A stretch of DNA of 64,000 bases, from NCBI RefSeq assembly GCF_009914755.1, contig NC_060930.1; one strand, written 5' to 3'. The notes beneath the pieces are model-generated. The model was not told the DNA's origin. It saw only the letters and a program-made list of their open reading frames with translations, and ran no database searches. Position numbers and translations under genes: made by a program. The stretch is from the human T2T-CHM13v2.0 reference genome, Homo sapiens. Of the stretch, positions 43,668 through 57,657 are shown in pieces; within the stretch, counting starts at the first letter, position 1; every line of letters starts with the position of its first letter.

Positions 43668-45109
43668 AGATGCATAAGCATTTTGCTTAAAAGTATGATA
43701 AACAGAACAAAACAATTTCTCATCATGTGTTTCTGAGGCCTTTACAATTTGAGAATTTTGCTTTGATTATTCTGGTGGACAAAAGTGCTAAATCCTACTT
43801 GGACTGGGGATTAATATATTCTCTTTGGCACAAAGGATTTGAGTAGCCCTAAACTGATCTCATATTTAAAGCAGAGACTATGAATCAGTCAGTTGTTCTG
43901 AGAGGAACATTTGGACTAGAAGTCTAACAATGGGGTTTCTAGTTTTGATTATTTCATTTACTTGCCACCAAATGTGGTTTCAGTGATTTTCCTTATCTCT
44001 TTATCCAACTATATGCTTATTTGTATATTCAGTAACTATTTTTGAACACTAACAACATGCTATATACTAGAAATCTAAGGATGACAAGACCATGGTCCCC
44101 GCTTTTACTTAAGCAGGTAGACAATAAGAACAGTTGAAGATAAATAGCATTAGTTATGCCTGACCCACCTATTTCCCAGGGCTTTTATGAAGCTTAAACA
44201 AACTGAATTTTTTCAAAAATACACAGCTCTATACAGAAGTACAGTGCTAATATTTGAAGGCAGATATTCACCATAACAGCATATTTCTCTATGTAGGCTG
44301 TTTTGAGTAGTCACTATGGAGCTTAATGAGGTAAGTGGAAATACAGGGCCCAAAAATCAAAAGTCACAACCAATGGAAAAATAAAAACTGTACAGTGAGA
44401 GCTTCTTAAGTATGCAGAAGCAAATCATTACAAGCATATGATTTCTATGTCGATTTAATAACAGGACTGTATTTCAAATTAAGTACATTTTTCTAAGGTA
44501 CAGTTGTTCACATCAAATGATCTAATTGTCAAGTCTAAATAAAATAAATCTACCTATGTTTAAATGCACAATGAAAAAACCACTGAAATTTAAATTTAAG
44601 TGGAAGACTGTTAAGAAAAAAAAAACTGAATATAAAAATTTGACTCAACTCAAAGGAAAAAAAATAACTATACACCAAAAGAAACACCATGGATTCAAGG
44701 GTCATGAGAACAAACAAAAAAAAAAACAGGTTTTACTCTTTGGGGATTTTTACTAGCTTGTCTTGTTTTTTAATCAAGACGAGTATAGATGACTCTCTAT
44801 TTACGAACTTTTATCTCTTGAAGTTCTTTACTTAGTTGTCCTTTTCAAATTGTTACACATTCAAAAATTAAAACAATATAAAATATATATATTGAGAAGT
44901 CTCATTCTCACCAGATTTCTCCCCAAGAAAACACACAAGTATGTTTTCCTGTGTGTCTTACCAGTATTTCTTCGTGCGGCAAATAACTCAAAATCTTTAT
45001 AAATACAAACAAAACACATCCATATGTGTCAACCACCAAGTACCGGCCTCCACAGCTGCTTGTTCGATGCAAAGCTTTTCTGAGCCAGCTGCTTATGATA
45101 GCATTAGTC

Positions 45110-45305
45110 TGAATTTGTTGAATGCCTACTATGTGCGGGGGCAGTATACTAATCATTTTCCATTTACTAAATCATTTAATCTTCAAAATGATCCAGATAA
45201 ATTATTCTTACTATCCTCATTTTACAGAAGAGGAAAGAGGATTAAGAAGTTAGGTCACTTGCCAAAGTTTACATAGCAAATGTGTACCTGAGCTATGTTT
45301 CAAAA
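45110..45305 (-). mobile_element. MIR
   Basis: ATCCTCATTTTACAGAAGAGGAAA...GTCACTTGCCAAAGTTTACATAGC. Confidence 0.8.
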
Positions 45306-45562
45306 CAAATAACAAATTAGTGTGCCTAAAGATCCTCTTTAACGTATATTCTCTACCTCTTCAGTCTTACTGCTTCTCCAAAGTTTACAAGTAAAACAGT
45401 CAGATACTCCAGGAGGCCAAAAATCACTTCCCAAAAGATACCCACATCCAATCCCTGGAACCTGTAGAATGTTGCCTTATGGCAAAAGATGAGATTACAG
45501 TTAAAGATCTTGAGAGGAGGAGTTTACCCTGTATTATCCAAGTGAGCCCTAAATGATATAAC

Positions 45563-47490
45563 TTCAAGGTATTCCACACAGCATTCCTTCTAATCAAGGA
45601 ACTTACTTCACAGCAAATGAGGTATGACAGTGGACCCACGATCATGGAATTCACTGTTCAAACCATGTCCCCATATCCTGAAGCAGCTGGCTTGACAGAA
45701 AAGAAAAGGGGTATTTGAAGTCTCAGCAGCAGGTAGGTGGGATATCTTGCAGGGCTGGGGCAATGTTCTGTGGGAGATTGTATATGTCCTAAACTAGTGT
45801 CTAATGTATGATACCGTTTCTCCCATAGCCAGGATTCATGGGTCCAGGAATCAAGGGTGGGGAGGAATAGGAATGGCACCCCTTAATATTACTCCTGGTG
45901 ATTTACTACTAAAATGTTCACTTCCTGTTCCCACAACCTTATGCTCTGCTCGTCCTTAGCTTCAAAGGGAGGAATGTTTCTACCAGAAGACACAATGGCT
46001 CCAATGAACTGGAAGTTGAGACTGCCACCCAGTCACTTTGGGCTCCTCAGGCCTCTGAATCAATAGGCAAAGTACTGGCTGGGGTGATTGATCCTGATTG
46101 CCAGGAGGAAATGGAGCTGCTACTATCGGGTATTCTGGCTCCAGGCCCAAATCGTCTGTGTGATCTTTCAGGTCCAATAGAGGCAGTTACAAAGTTGTGC
46201 CTGGCAGCCCTCATGGAGAAAAGCTGACCCCACCACACAACATGCTTGGTGCACAGTCAGTGCACTGCAGTTTTCTGGAAGGAGTTGCAGTTGAGGACTC
46301 AGGCTTCCCTGACCCCTGGGCCAGTCATGCTCATACACATATGTTCCTTCCTTGTCCAGGCACCTCCATTCAGCCGCCTTCTTACTGGGGGGCCTGGAGG
46401 AGGTACTTTTCTTCCCTTTGATTTGGTACTTTCCCATACCTAGCCCTTCCCCCAGCCAACAGGCCCATAAAGACGCAGGAGCCTTTTGTTTGAGACTTCC
46501 CAGCAGTGAAATGCACCCCTCATCTGAGCTGATCCACCTGACTCTCACCAGTGCCATTCTGCAGATGACAGCCAGCACCTCTGGGGAGCCAGCACCATTT
46601 TGTGTCTCTTGCTTATCCCAGCAAGTGAACAAAGCCTTAGTTATTCCTTTTTGTTTGGCCCCTTGTCCTAATCAACCACCTGGACACCTGGTTGCTTTTC
46701 GGCTACAAAAAGAAGGTTAGGAAGAACATGTCTGGAATGCAGAATACCCCTTAGGGCATCTGCATCTGCCACCATGCCCTGTGACTGAAGTCAATGGAAA
46801 ACCAACAACCCCTTTCAGGCAGGACTGTTAATGACCCAGGCCCCTCAGGAATGAGGGTCTGGGTCACCCTACAGGCAAAGAACCCTGAGCAACAGGCTGT
46901 GGTGCTCCCAGAGGGCAAAGGGAATATGGAATGAGTAATGGAAGAAAGTAGCTATAAACACTATCTAGGACCAGGCAGTCAGTTTCAGAAACAAGGGCTT
47001 CAATGTTTATGAGTATTTCTTATTTTGTTATTGAGTATGTGGGTATACACATTTTTAAGCAAGAATCTTTGCATTCTTCCTGCTCTTATCCCTTATCATC
47101 TAACATAAGATGCATGAATAACATTGAACTTTACATCATGGTATTTAAGTTCCAGGAAGTTAAGGAAAACAGTGAAAACCAACCAGGAACTTTTGCATCC
47201 TCTTCTGGGGAAAGGGTTAACACATTTTTGGTTGTAAGTAAGATAGCTGCATCATGTCCTGTGGAAATATGACTTTATGGGTGTCTTTATTTGGAGATTA
47301 GTCATAGTTTAAGAAGAAGTATATGAGTGCCAAGTTTACAGGGGGTGATGGCCAGTTTTATGTGGGAACTTGACTAGTCTAATATTCCCAGCAACTCATT
47401 CAAATACAAACAAGGTGTTGCTGTGAAGGTATTTTGTAGACATGATTAGCAGTCACAGTCCATTGACTTTAAGGAAATTATCCTTGATAA
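45563..47490 (+). mobile_element. ERVL internal remnant (integrase, dUTPase-like) plus polypurine tract and start of an MLT2 LTR
   Basis: Translation QGIPHSIPSNQGTYFTANEV*QWTHDHGIH resembles ERVL integrase; LPPSHFGLL near 46022; AGGGGG followed by TGATGGCCAGTTTTATGTG...AACTTGACTAG near 47341. Confidence 0.85.
46127..46707. mobile_element. Solo-LTR-sized insertion interrupting the ERVL remnant (family uncertain)
   Basis: ERVL-like sequence breaks after GGAAATGGAGCTGCTACTA and resumes at GAAGGTTAGGAAGAACATGTCTGGAAT; insert about 580 bp, ends ...ACA. Confidence 0.6.
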
Positions 47491-47835
47491 TCTTAGGGGG
47501 ACCTACGTGCAATCACATGTATCCTTAAAAGAGGGAGGCAGAGGAATTTTTGAGAGAGAAGTGCACAGAGGAAAAGGGGATGTGAAAATAGAGGCAGAGA
47601 ATAGAATGATGCTGCCACAAGCCAAGGAATGCCTGGAGCCACCAGAAGCTGGAATAGGCAGGAAAGGACTCTCCCTTCGAGCCTCTGGAGGGTGTGCAGC
47701 CCTGCCAATACCCTGATTCCAGACTTCTCTTCTCCAGAATGATGAGAGAATGCACTTCTGTTGTTTTAAGCCACAACGTTTGTGGCATTTGTTAGAGCAG
47801 CCACAGGAAACTAATATAGGTGCTTAACAATAAAA

Positions 47836-48316
47836 CATAGTAAGAAAAGAAATTTTATCTGAGGAATGCGAGCCTGTTGTAAATTATCAGACCCACAGAG
47901 GCATGAGAGTGAGGCAGCAGTCGCATCCAACATCCCCCCCTTGCGCTAAGTAATCAGCTCTTGAAGCTGCTTGCTATGTGGACTCTTGACCAGCTGCCGC
48001 CACAAGCAGCTATCAACTAACCAAGCAAGGCCACTCACTGGACACCATACCCCATACCCCACAGTTCACCAATGTATAGTCAATCACTAATCAATCTTAT
48101 TTGTCTAACCAACGGGAATTCCTGACAAACAGCAGTTATCAGCCCACTCCCTGCCCCCCTTTTGCTTTGGAAAACCTGCTTCTAACAAAGGCCGAACAGA
48201 GCTCATATCCAAGGTGACCTGGGTCTCAGTCTTCCAGATGGCTGTCCTCTCACCTTAGCTCAAGTAAACTTTTTAAAATTATATTTTGTGCCTCAACTTC
48301 CTCCTTCAGGTCAACA
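47836..48316 (+). mobile_element. ERV1-class solo LTR (MER39/MER34-like)
   Basis: AATTTTATCTGAGGAATGCGAGCC...AAATTATCAG; ends GCTCAAGTAAACT...TTCAGGTCAACA. Confidence 0.78.
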
Positions 48317-50311
48317 ATATAATGAGAATCAAATAATATTATAGAGAAAGAATGAGATAGTACATGTTTCCATTAAGTTACTGCACAAGTAAAACTAGTT
48401 TTTAAAATTGAATTCTTATTCAGACACCAATAGTTAAGATGTCCTCCTTCCCACTATGCCACAAAATATGAAACCCATTACTCTTCAATATTTCCTTTCC
48501 CATTTTGCCATTTTCTTAGAGATCTGACCAGGTGGGGCAAATAGTCATGTCCCAGAAGAGAACTGATACTATACATCAAAAGGCCTAAAAGAAGAAAAGC
48601 AAACCTCTAATTAAAAATGTTAATAATATCCACAAGGGCCAAATGATAGTTTACACCCCTGAAGTTATATAGAAATAATATTCTAAATCATACTACCATA
48701 TTGTAGTTTACTAAGAAAACCACAAGTAACGTCTAGAAGCCACCAAAATCCATGATTCTTAATACTTTAAGTGACTTTTCATAAGAATGTTAGTTGGCTT
48801 CAGAGGTTGAAATACCAACTCGCTTCCTTGATTTGAAATTTGGTTGGAAGCCAACATCTAGAACTCGGTAATGTTATCTACAGCAGTCTTTCTTATATAA
48901 CTCTTTTATATTTGCCTTGAAAAAAAAATGCTGAGCTAATGACAAAAGACAATCTTGGGGTACTTTGTCTTAAAATCTGAGGGTGGAGAATCAGCATGCA
49001 AGCAAAACTTCAGGTGGCAGCACCTTTGGAACCAGCACCTAGCAAACTGTGGGGCATCCATTCATGCTCTGGGGGATGTCACCAGCCATCACAGAGGGTG
49101 ACCAACTCTAAAGGATGAGCGCAGGGGAAGTGGAAAAGGAGAGAGTAGAATGGCACGTGGAATGTGAGTTTCTGAAGGGCAGAGATTTTGTCCTGTTTGT
49201 TCTCATCGTATCACCTGCATGTGGAACAAAGAAGACAGTAAATATCCATGGAACAGGTCAATGCACAGAATATGTGGGTGGAGGAATGAAAGAAAGAAGT
49301 AAAGACGGGAGGAACATAAACTTTTTGAAAGTATATACAGGGAGAAAGCAATTAGAACGATACAAGGAGAAAGTTACGTACCAAAACCCAGCTCTTGAAT
49401 TGAAATTTAATACGTGTCTCATGCACAGCAGCAATTTACGGAAAACAAAATGAGTAATTTCCTTAGGTTCTTGGGTCCTAGATGGGGGTAAGTTATTTTT
49501 GCTGTAAAATTTTAGCATGTATTCCCTAAACAGACAAAGGAATTACTCATTTAATTCATTGTTTCATCTTATTAACATTAGAAGTACTGATAGAAAATTA
49601 AATCACTGCATGTTTCATTAAGTTAGATGCAGAAGAGACCTAGTGATTAGCAAATTCCAGACCCACCCAATATTTGGGGGATTTCTCTAAATGTCAGATA
49701 TGAATTTTTTTTCCTATTTACCTGATTGATAGGATAGAACAACTAAGGTATAAGGACTTTGGGAAATTACTGTTAAAAAAAAATGCAACATATAATTTTC
49801 ATATGTCTTCCAGGAAAGAACAACCATTATTTTTGGCCTTTTAAAATTCAAGCTGCAAACCACAGAGCTTAAATGAGGTTAAACACCTCATAAAGGTCCC
49901 TGCACACAGAAACATTCAGAAAACACTGCTGACAGATGACTGTCATTGGTATGGACGGCTTAGAGATCTAGCAACCAAAGCAAGATTCATTACGATGCTT
50001 GCTTTAAATTTTGTTTTTGTTACCACTCCAATAAAACTAGATGACTCTATTCTATTTTAACCAGTATTAGCCTTTGTATTTTCTTTATCATCAATAAGAA
50101 ATGTATCTTTTGTTCTTAAGGTAATTTATAATGCTGGTAAATACCGCTCTAAAAAAATGGTATGTATAACTATATGTCTATACCTTTCAAACTAAGTTAT
50201 TCTTAAAATTGACACTAGGTGAAAATACTCTCCTTTCCCATCTTAATATTAGAAAAAAATTATCTTGGGGGTGGTAGTAAACTGCTGGAGAGTGAGGGAA
50301 ATAAAGTGAGA

Positions 50312-50628
<317 letters not shown>

Positions 50629-52254
50629 TAAAGTTAGCTTTATGATTTTACTTTGTCCCCTGCTATCAAGTCAGTACTTTCAGATATATTCCATAAAAAG
50701 AGGGAAAACCTACATTATTCTGCCATTTTAAGAAAATATGATGTCATAGTTCATGAAATCCACATCTCAAATACTAGTACAGTGAAGAAAACATGGGTTC
50801 TGGGAGAAGACAGATGTGAGCTTGAATCTCTAATCCACCACTTATTAATGTAACCTCTCTCTGGACAATTTCCCTACCTACACTATGCAGTTTTTGTGAA
50901 TGTTAAATGAGGTAATTAATGTTAAGACTCTAGCATAGCCCTAACACACAGGAAGTACTCAACAAATATTTAAAATAAATATTCATAAAAGTCTCTGTAA
51001 GTATCTTTATTTTCCAAATATTCTACCACCCAATGAAAGCATTAAGAAACCAGTTCTTTTCAAATCAGCCATGGCCACAAAACTAACATATTTAACACAG
51101 ATTAATATATTGCCAACATATACAAGCTCACTTGTACATGTCTGTACAAACTGCTGAAGTCCAAAAAATAAAATTTCATCAATTGCAAACATACAGAGCA
51201 TGCAAAGTACTATAGGCCTTTAGATAGTTTCCAATTCTGTTTACAAGCAAGGTACAGGGGAAAAGTTAATTGGGTAAAATGACTTGAAATGACAATGAGT
51301 ATCAGCTGTATAAGGTCCCATGCAGCCTGCTGTGTTCACCACAGCACTCAGCATGGATGGCCTCCACATGCTTGTGGAATACAGAATATGAAATTTCCCC
51401 AATTTTAGTTGTTCTCTTAAAGATTTATTACTTTATATTTAAAATGCATTGGTTAAAACTTTAAAAAATGTTTTATTTCTTTATTATTTCATTTAGCTTT
51501 AAGTAAAATAAAGACAATCAAAAATGAAAATGAACACTAGAACCTTTTTTTAAACTTTGAAAATCAAGTTAATATTTTCTCAGGCTGGTTTGGGAGTACA
51601 TAGGTATTCATTGATTCACATGTTTTAAATTAATTACATGTGTCTTCAGACACATAACAGTCCCTGGCATAGAGATTATTTTTGAATGGATGGAAAGAAG
51701 GAAGGAAAGGAGGCCTTCCTGGAGGAAGGGAAGAAAGAAAAATGGATGTATGAGAAAAATTATAAATTTGAAAAAAATGTCACCGACTGAAATTGTCTAT
51801 ATTCCAGGCTAAATAACTTATCTGCATATGGTATGAACTGCAGGTTAAGTAACAAGTTAGAAAGCAAGGGAACAGATTTTAAACAAGTCTAACCAATCAG
51901 CCACTAAAAAACAAAAAAAATTCAGATACATTTAAAACTCTACCTTTAATTATAAATTTCATTTAAAGAAAATGTAAATCATTAAGAAAAAGACTTCAAA
52001 AGGCAAACTGTTAAGTTTAAATATGCATACTATATTATTTCAGTTTTTATCACAAATTGAGATAAAAAGTACAAAGGACAGCAGATGCTTCTGAATGTCA
52101 CTTGAAAAATTTGGATTTTCAGTTGTACACATCTGAGGTTGAGGAAAGTTATTGGCAAAAACATTTCAGGAGTGTTTATGAAGACTAGAAAAGGTTCCGG
52201 GATAGAATCTAGAGGGCAGGTAACACTGATTTACAAGAAAGTAGTCATAAATAA

Positions 52255-52445
52255 GAGCTAATACTCATTGGGTAGTCACATGTGTTTTTCACAAAAATTC
52301 TATATGGTAAGAATTAGTATTATTCCCTCCATTTTAGAGGATGGAACTGACGCAGAGGGAGGTTAAATAGCTGGCCACACAGCTAGTCTGTGGCAAAGCT
52401 CAATTAAAACCCAGGCGTCTGCTTCCAGAGTCATGCTTGCAGTCA
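52255..52445 (-). mobile_element. MIR
   Basis: CCATTTTAGAGGATGGAACTGACGCAGAGGGAGGTTAAATAGCTGGCC...ACCCAGG. Confidence 0.75.
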
Positions 52446-52650
52446 CAAGAGTAGAAATACATACTGAATCAAGTTGAACCATAATGCAAATCACAGCAAA
52501 CATAAAGAGTATGTACTTTTCATTTTGACCCAACAAACACCTTTTGAGTGCTTATTATGTGCCATGTACAAAACTGTAGCCTCCTTTGTACTTCATGTAA
52601 TTCCAAATTTACAATCTGTTTTGGGTAGACACTAAAAAACAACTTAAGAT

Positions 52651-52949
<299 letters not shown>

Positions 52950-54060
52950 TTAGACATTTAACTCAAGTACAACAACCATGATGACATCATAGATATGTAT
53001 GTAATTTCCCCTCAGCTAACAAAGTATTTAAATCAAAATAAATGAGAAAATGAGACGGAGTTGCTTTGCCCACATACTTTCTCATTCTATTGTATTAGTC
53101 ATTTGGATCATAAGAACAGCAAAGCAAGAGAAGAGGTATTTTTATTGGGAAAAAAAGGAGCATAGGATGGCATGAAAGACAGGAAATCAAAAGATCATGT
53201 GTAATTCATTGTAAATTTGGTAACATGGAAAAAAGTGAATTGTGTTGCAGCCGTATCTATAAGTCCTAATGGCTGGCACAAAGGGGGCTTTTTCTTTCAC
53301 AGCAAAAAAAAGTAGCCAAGTGGATTTTAAGAATTTTCTCTGACAAGTATTTTCATTGTGCTTCTGTTATTCTTTGAAAACAGAAACTGGAATGAGGTAT
53401 AAGTTCTGCACTTGGAATGAAATTAGCATGATTGTATAGTTGGTGTCAATAAATAAATTATTTGTTGGCTTTGCTGTTACTCTGCTCTACTATTGTAAAA
53501 TCTGTCAGTCCCGGCTGCCATCTTCCCTTCAAAACCCAAGTCTCCCAATTAAAAGAACCACAGCTGTATGGAATGGGTCACCAGAGATTTGAACCTCCAC
53601 AAGCATTACTCACTGGTCCTGCCCTGCTCTCCAGTCTTTGCCAAAAGGCAATGTCAAGTTCACCTCCTACTTGGGACACCCAAAATGAAGAGCTTAAACA
53701 ACTCTTCAAAACATGTGTGTTGTTTTTTGCTTTTTTGTTTTTTTAAGTTAAATTAGCTATTGAATGTATTTTAGCCCAATATAAATTAAGGATATAATCT
53801 ACCTGACATTGCCTTGAATGGGGTTCTATGCTGTTTACAAGAAGAAAGAAACTTAAAACTCCATAAAGCCGACCTATTCATTCATCAATGCTTTTTATTT
53901 AAAAGGCTCTATTATATGTCCATCCCAGAAAACCAAATACCCATTTTAAAACACAAATAGACAAAAATGCTATAGTAGCATATGAAAAACACTCCCTGCA
54001 GCATTGGTTTTAATTCAAATCCTTACATATATATGATAAACTTAAAAGTTTAAAATGTGC

Positions 54061-55499
54061 TAAGCTGGAGGCATCACGTTCCCTGACTTCAAACTATACT
54101 ACAACGCTATAGTAACCAAAACAGCATGGTACTGATACCAAAACAGATATATATAGACCAATGGAACAGAACAGAGGCCTCAGAAATAACGCCACACATC
54201 TACAACCATCTGATCTTTGACAAACCTGACAAAAACAAGCAATGGGGAAAGGATTCCTTATTTAATAAATGGTGTAGGGAAAACTGGCTAGCCATATGCA
54301 GAAAACTGAGACTTTCCTTATACTTTATACAAAAATTAACTCAAGATGGATTAAAGACTTAAAAGTAAGACCTAAAACCATACAAACCCTAGAAGAAAAC
54401 CTAGGCAATACCATTCAGGACATAGGCATAAGCTAAGACTTCATGATTAAAACACCAAAAGCAATGGCAATAAAAGCCAAAATTGACAAATGGGATCTAA
54501 TTAAACTAAAGAGCTTCTGCTCAGCAAAAGAAACTATCATCGGAGTTAAGAGGCAACCTACAGAATGGGAGAAAAGTTTTGCAATCTGTCCATCTGACAA
54601 AGGGCTAATATCCAGAATCTACAAGGAATTTAAACAAATTTACGAGAAAAAAACACCACCATCAAAAAGTGGGCAAAGGATATAAACAGACAATTCTCAA
54701 AAGAAAACATTTATGTGGCCAACAAACATATGAAAAAAAAGCCCAGCATCACTCGTCATTAGAGAAATGCAAATCAAAACCACAATGAGATATCATCTCA
54801 CACCAGTTAAAATGGCCATCATTAAAAAGTCAGGAAACAACAGGTGCTGGAGAGGATATGGAGAAATAGGAACACTTTTACACTGTTGGTGGGACTTTAA
54901 ACTAGTTCAACCATTGTGGAAGTCAGTGTGGCAATTCCTCAGGGATCTAGAACTAGAAATACCATTTGACTCAGCCATCCCATTACTGGGTATATACCCA
55001 AAGGATTATAAATCATGCTGCTATAAAGACACATGCACATGTATGTTTATTGCGGCACTGTTCACAATAGCAAAGACTTGGAACCAAACCAAATGTCCAT
55101 CAATGATAGACTGGATAAAGAAAATGTGGCACATACACACCACGGAATACTATGCAGCCATAAAAAAGGGTGAGTTCATGTCCTTGGCAGGGACATGGAT
55201 GAAACTGGAAACCATCATTCTCAGCAAACTAACACAGGAACAGAAAACGAAACACTGCATGTTCTCACTCATAGGTGGGAACTGAACAATGAGAATGCAT
55301 GGACACAGGGAGGGGAACATCACACACCGGGGCCTGTCATGGGGTGGGGGTTAAGGGAGATAGCATTAGGAGAAATACCTAATGTAGATGACCGGTTGAT
55401 GGGTGCTGCAAACCACCAAGGTACATGTATACCTATATAACAAACCTGCACGTTCTGCACATGTATCCCAGAACTTAAAAGTATAATGGGAAAAAAAAA
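54061..55499 (+). mobile_element. 5'-truncated L1PA (roughly L1PA6-7) with TSD; ORF2 C-terminal remnants
   Basis: ORFs 54126-55285 are L1 ORF2 pieces ([13 protein letters not shown]); TSD AAAAGTTTAAAATGTGC (54044-54060) / AAAAGTTCAAAATGTCC (55496-55512). Confidence 0.96.
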
Positions 55500-56079
55500 G
55501 TTCAAAATGTCCTGGCTAACAAAGTTGATGGCATGAGTCAGTATTCTGATATGATCAAAAGCAGCACAAATACGGGGTACTACAATAAACCTAAAAAAGG
55601 AGCCATCAATGAAAATTGCATATACCGACCATTCCATCAGCAAAATCTATACCTAATACTGAGACATTACATTAGTTACATTTCAATTTATTTAAAGACT
55701 TTCTAGTAAACCTTTATGTTTTATAATAAAAACATTTTATTATAACTTGCTGAGATATTTTTAAATGATGATGTTCTAAACTATCCATCTTGTAAGGACA
55801 CTTACTAATATTATGAAGTATGAAGGTCATTCTGAGTACATTAAGGATGCCAAATCCAGTCAAAATTCCGAAGACTGAAAACTATGCTCAGATTCCTTGT
55901 TCAGGCATAGTACACAAGATAAATTATTGTAAGTGAGCTAAATAACCAATATTAAAACCTGCACCATATGACAACATTCTTAATCAGACTAACCTATAAT
56001 GTATAAGCTTTCTAATAATTACTTTCTATGCCAATTACTTTGTATAATATTGTTTTACAAAAATTAGGAAGAATCCTAT

Positions 56080-56870
56080 GGTACTGGATTTGAATTGGAG
56101 ATAGCATTATAACTCATCATTTAAATATACATTTCCTAGCTGTATCCACTGTAAGGGCCTAGAAGGAATAACATCCAAGTTGCAATGAGCACATCTAGTG
56201 CTCAGGTCTTGGCTACTAAATACCATTTCCCACTGAACAGAACCAGAGTTCCTTGGAGAAGTGGCTGATTCCAGGTCTGAAATAGGAACATACAAAGTAA
56301 ATAAGGGAAATGTTGTGCCAAGAGAGCAAGTGTTTCTGAGGTTAATAAAGACATATGAAATATAGTAAGAAAATGTTTGAAAGAAAGCATACTGGCCAAA
56401 TCTGGGTAGTTTGAATATCGGAAATAATAAATACAGCAATAGATTATAACACATTAAGTACAAAAAAGAATAGAAATGGTAATATATTATAATACTGAAT
56501 AGAGAAGGAATCCACGAGTCCTTAATGATACCCAAAGTGAAGCAGAACAAAAAAGTGGGAGCAGAGTGAGGGAAGTTCTTTTCTCTCAGAAGAATTCAAG
56601 CTATAAATATAGATGGAATAGTAGAATTCATTCAAAAATCATCATTTTATAAGCCCCAAAGCAATAATTCAGGCAAAGATCATCAATGAATAGTAAAACC
56701 ACTGAGTGATACGGTGTTGAGAAATATTATATTCACAAGATCTCAAAGTATCATTCCATGGATTACTCATCACAAAGGAGAAATGATACCTTTATGGTGG
56801 AGACATCTGGCAGACTCCATCTGAACCTAGTGAGCAAATTTAGCATCACCAAAAATAGAAAGGACATGCA
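56080..56870 (+). mobile_element. L1MC/ME-type 3' UTR
   Basis: GGGCCTAGAAGG, AACAGAACCAGAGTTCCTTGGAGAAGTGGCTGATTCCAGGTCTG, GGTGGAGACATCTGGCAGAC. Confidence 0.8.
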
Positions 56871-56984
56871 ACGCAATGGTAATTTGTGCCAAGCCAAAGA
56901 ACCATATACTCATGTGCATGTTAAAAAGTACACTTAAAAGGATGGCAGGAGGTTAAGTCTGGTGTGGTGAACAAGATCAGATCA

Positions 56985-57120
56985 TGAATTATGATTATCC
57001 GCAATCTACAGGTGAAGAAACTGAAGTTCAGAGAAGTAACTTTGTCAAAGTCACGTATCTAGTGACTGGCAAAGCTGGAATTTGAACAAAGTGAGTCAAT
57101 TCTGAAACCCAGATTCTTTG
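56985..57120 (-). mobile_element. MIR
   Basis: TACAGGTGAAGAAACTGAAGTTCAGAGAAGTAACTTTGTCAAAGTCAC...GCTGGAATTTGAAC. Confidence 0.8.
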
Positions 57121-57657
57121 GACTGCAGGAGCCTGGCAATCCCAGCCATCACTGGGTTTAAGGCCCAGGTCCAGCCATGTGGAAATGGCTCCCTTAAGCC
57201 CTAGCCAGCTGCAGGGGCCAGCCCTGCAGCTCACCTGCCGTAGCCTCAGTCCATCCTTTGCTAGCCTACTTGTCTCTGGATTAGTCCTCTCATGGGAGTC
57301 AAACTAACCTGCCACCTGCCCACCAAAGCTGGGCAACATCACTGTTACAGAAAAGATGGCTCGAAGCCTTTGGCTATATTATAGAGTTAAGAAAACTGGC
57401 TCAATTATCACACAGATGGACATCTGCAAAGTTAATAAAGACAGGCCTGTAGAACAATCAAAATTAAATTATTATCTTTCATTGTTCTAGTCCATTCAAA
57501 TGAATGAAATTGAACATGCGACATACCCATGAAATGTTTGCCCATGTTCCATTATCAGGGCCTCAAATGAAAATCAGTCCTTATTTTAATCAACTTACAC
57601 CCAGACTTGTGTCATAATATAGCCAAAAACCTACTCCATATCTCCAACTAATACGTC

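Larger units (their letters stand above)
45420..47818 (+). mobile_element. Nested cluster: MLT1C/D-like LTR halves (about 45420-45560 and 47508-47818) enclosing ERVL sequence
   Basis: Left half ATCCCTGGAACCTGTAGAATGTTGCCTTATGGCAAAAG...GAGCCCTAAATG; right half TGCAATCACATGTATCCTTAAAAGAGGGAGGCAGAGG...CAGCCACAGGAAACTAATA. Confidence 0.8.

Noticed and set aside
46168-46720. 154-aa and 122-aa ORFs
   Set aside because: They lie within an LTR-like insertion; no recognisable domain or splice support.
54126-55285. Longest ORF (172 aa) and neighbours as a host gene or active L1
   Set aside because: Frameshifted C-terminal pieces of L1 ORF2 in a 5'-truncated element; the same applies to the ORFs at 16430-17001, 20198-20440 and 28100-28315.
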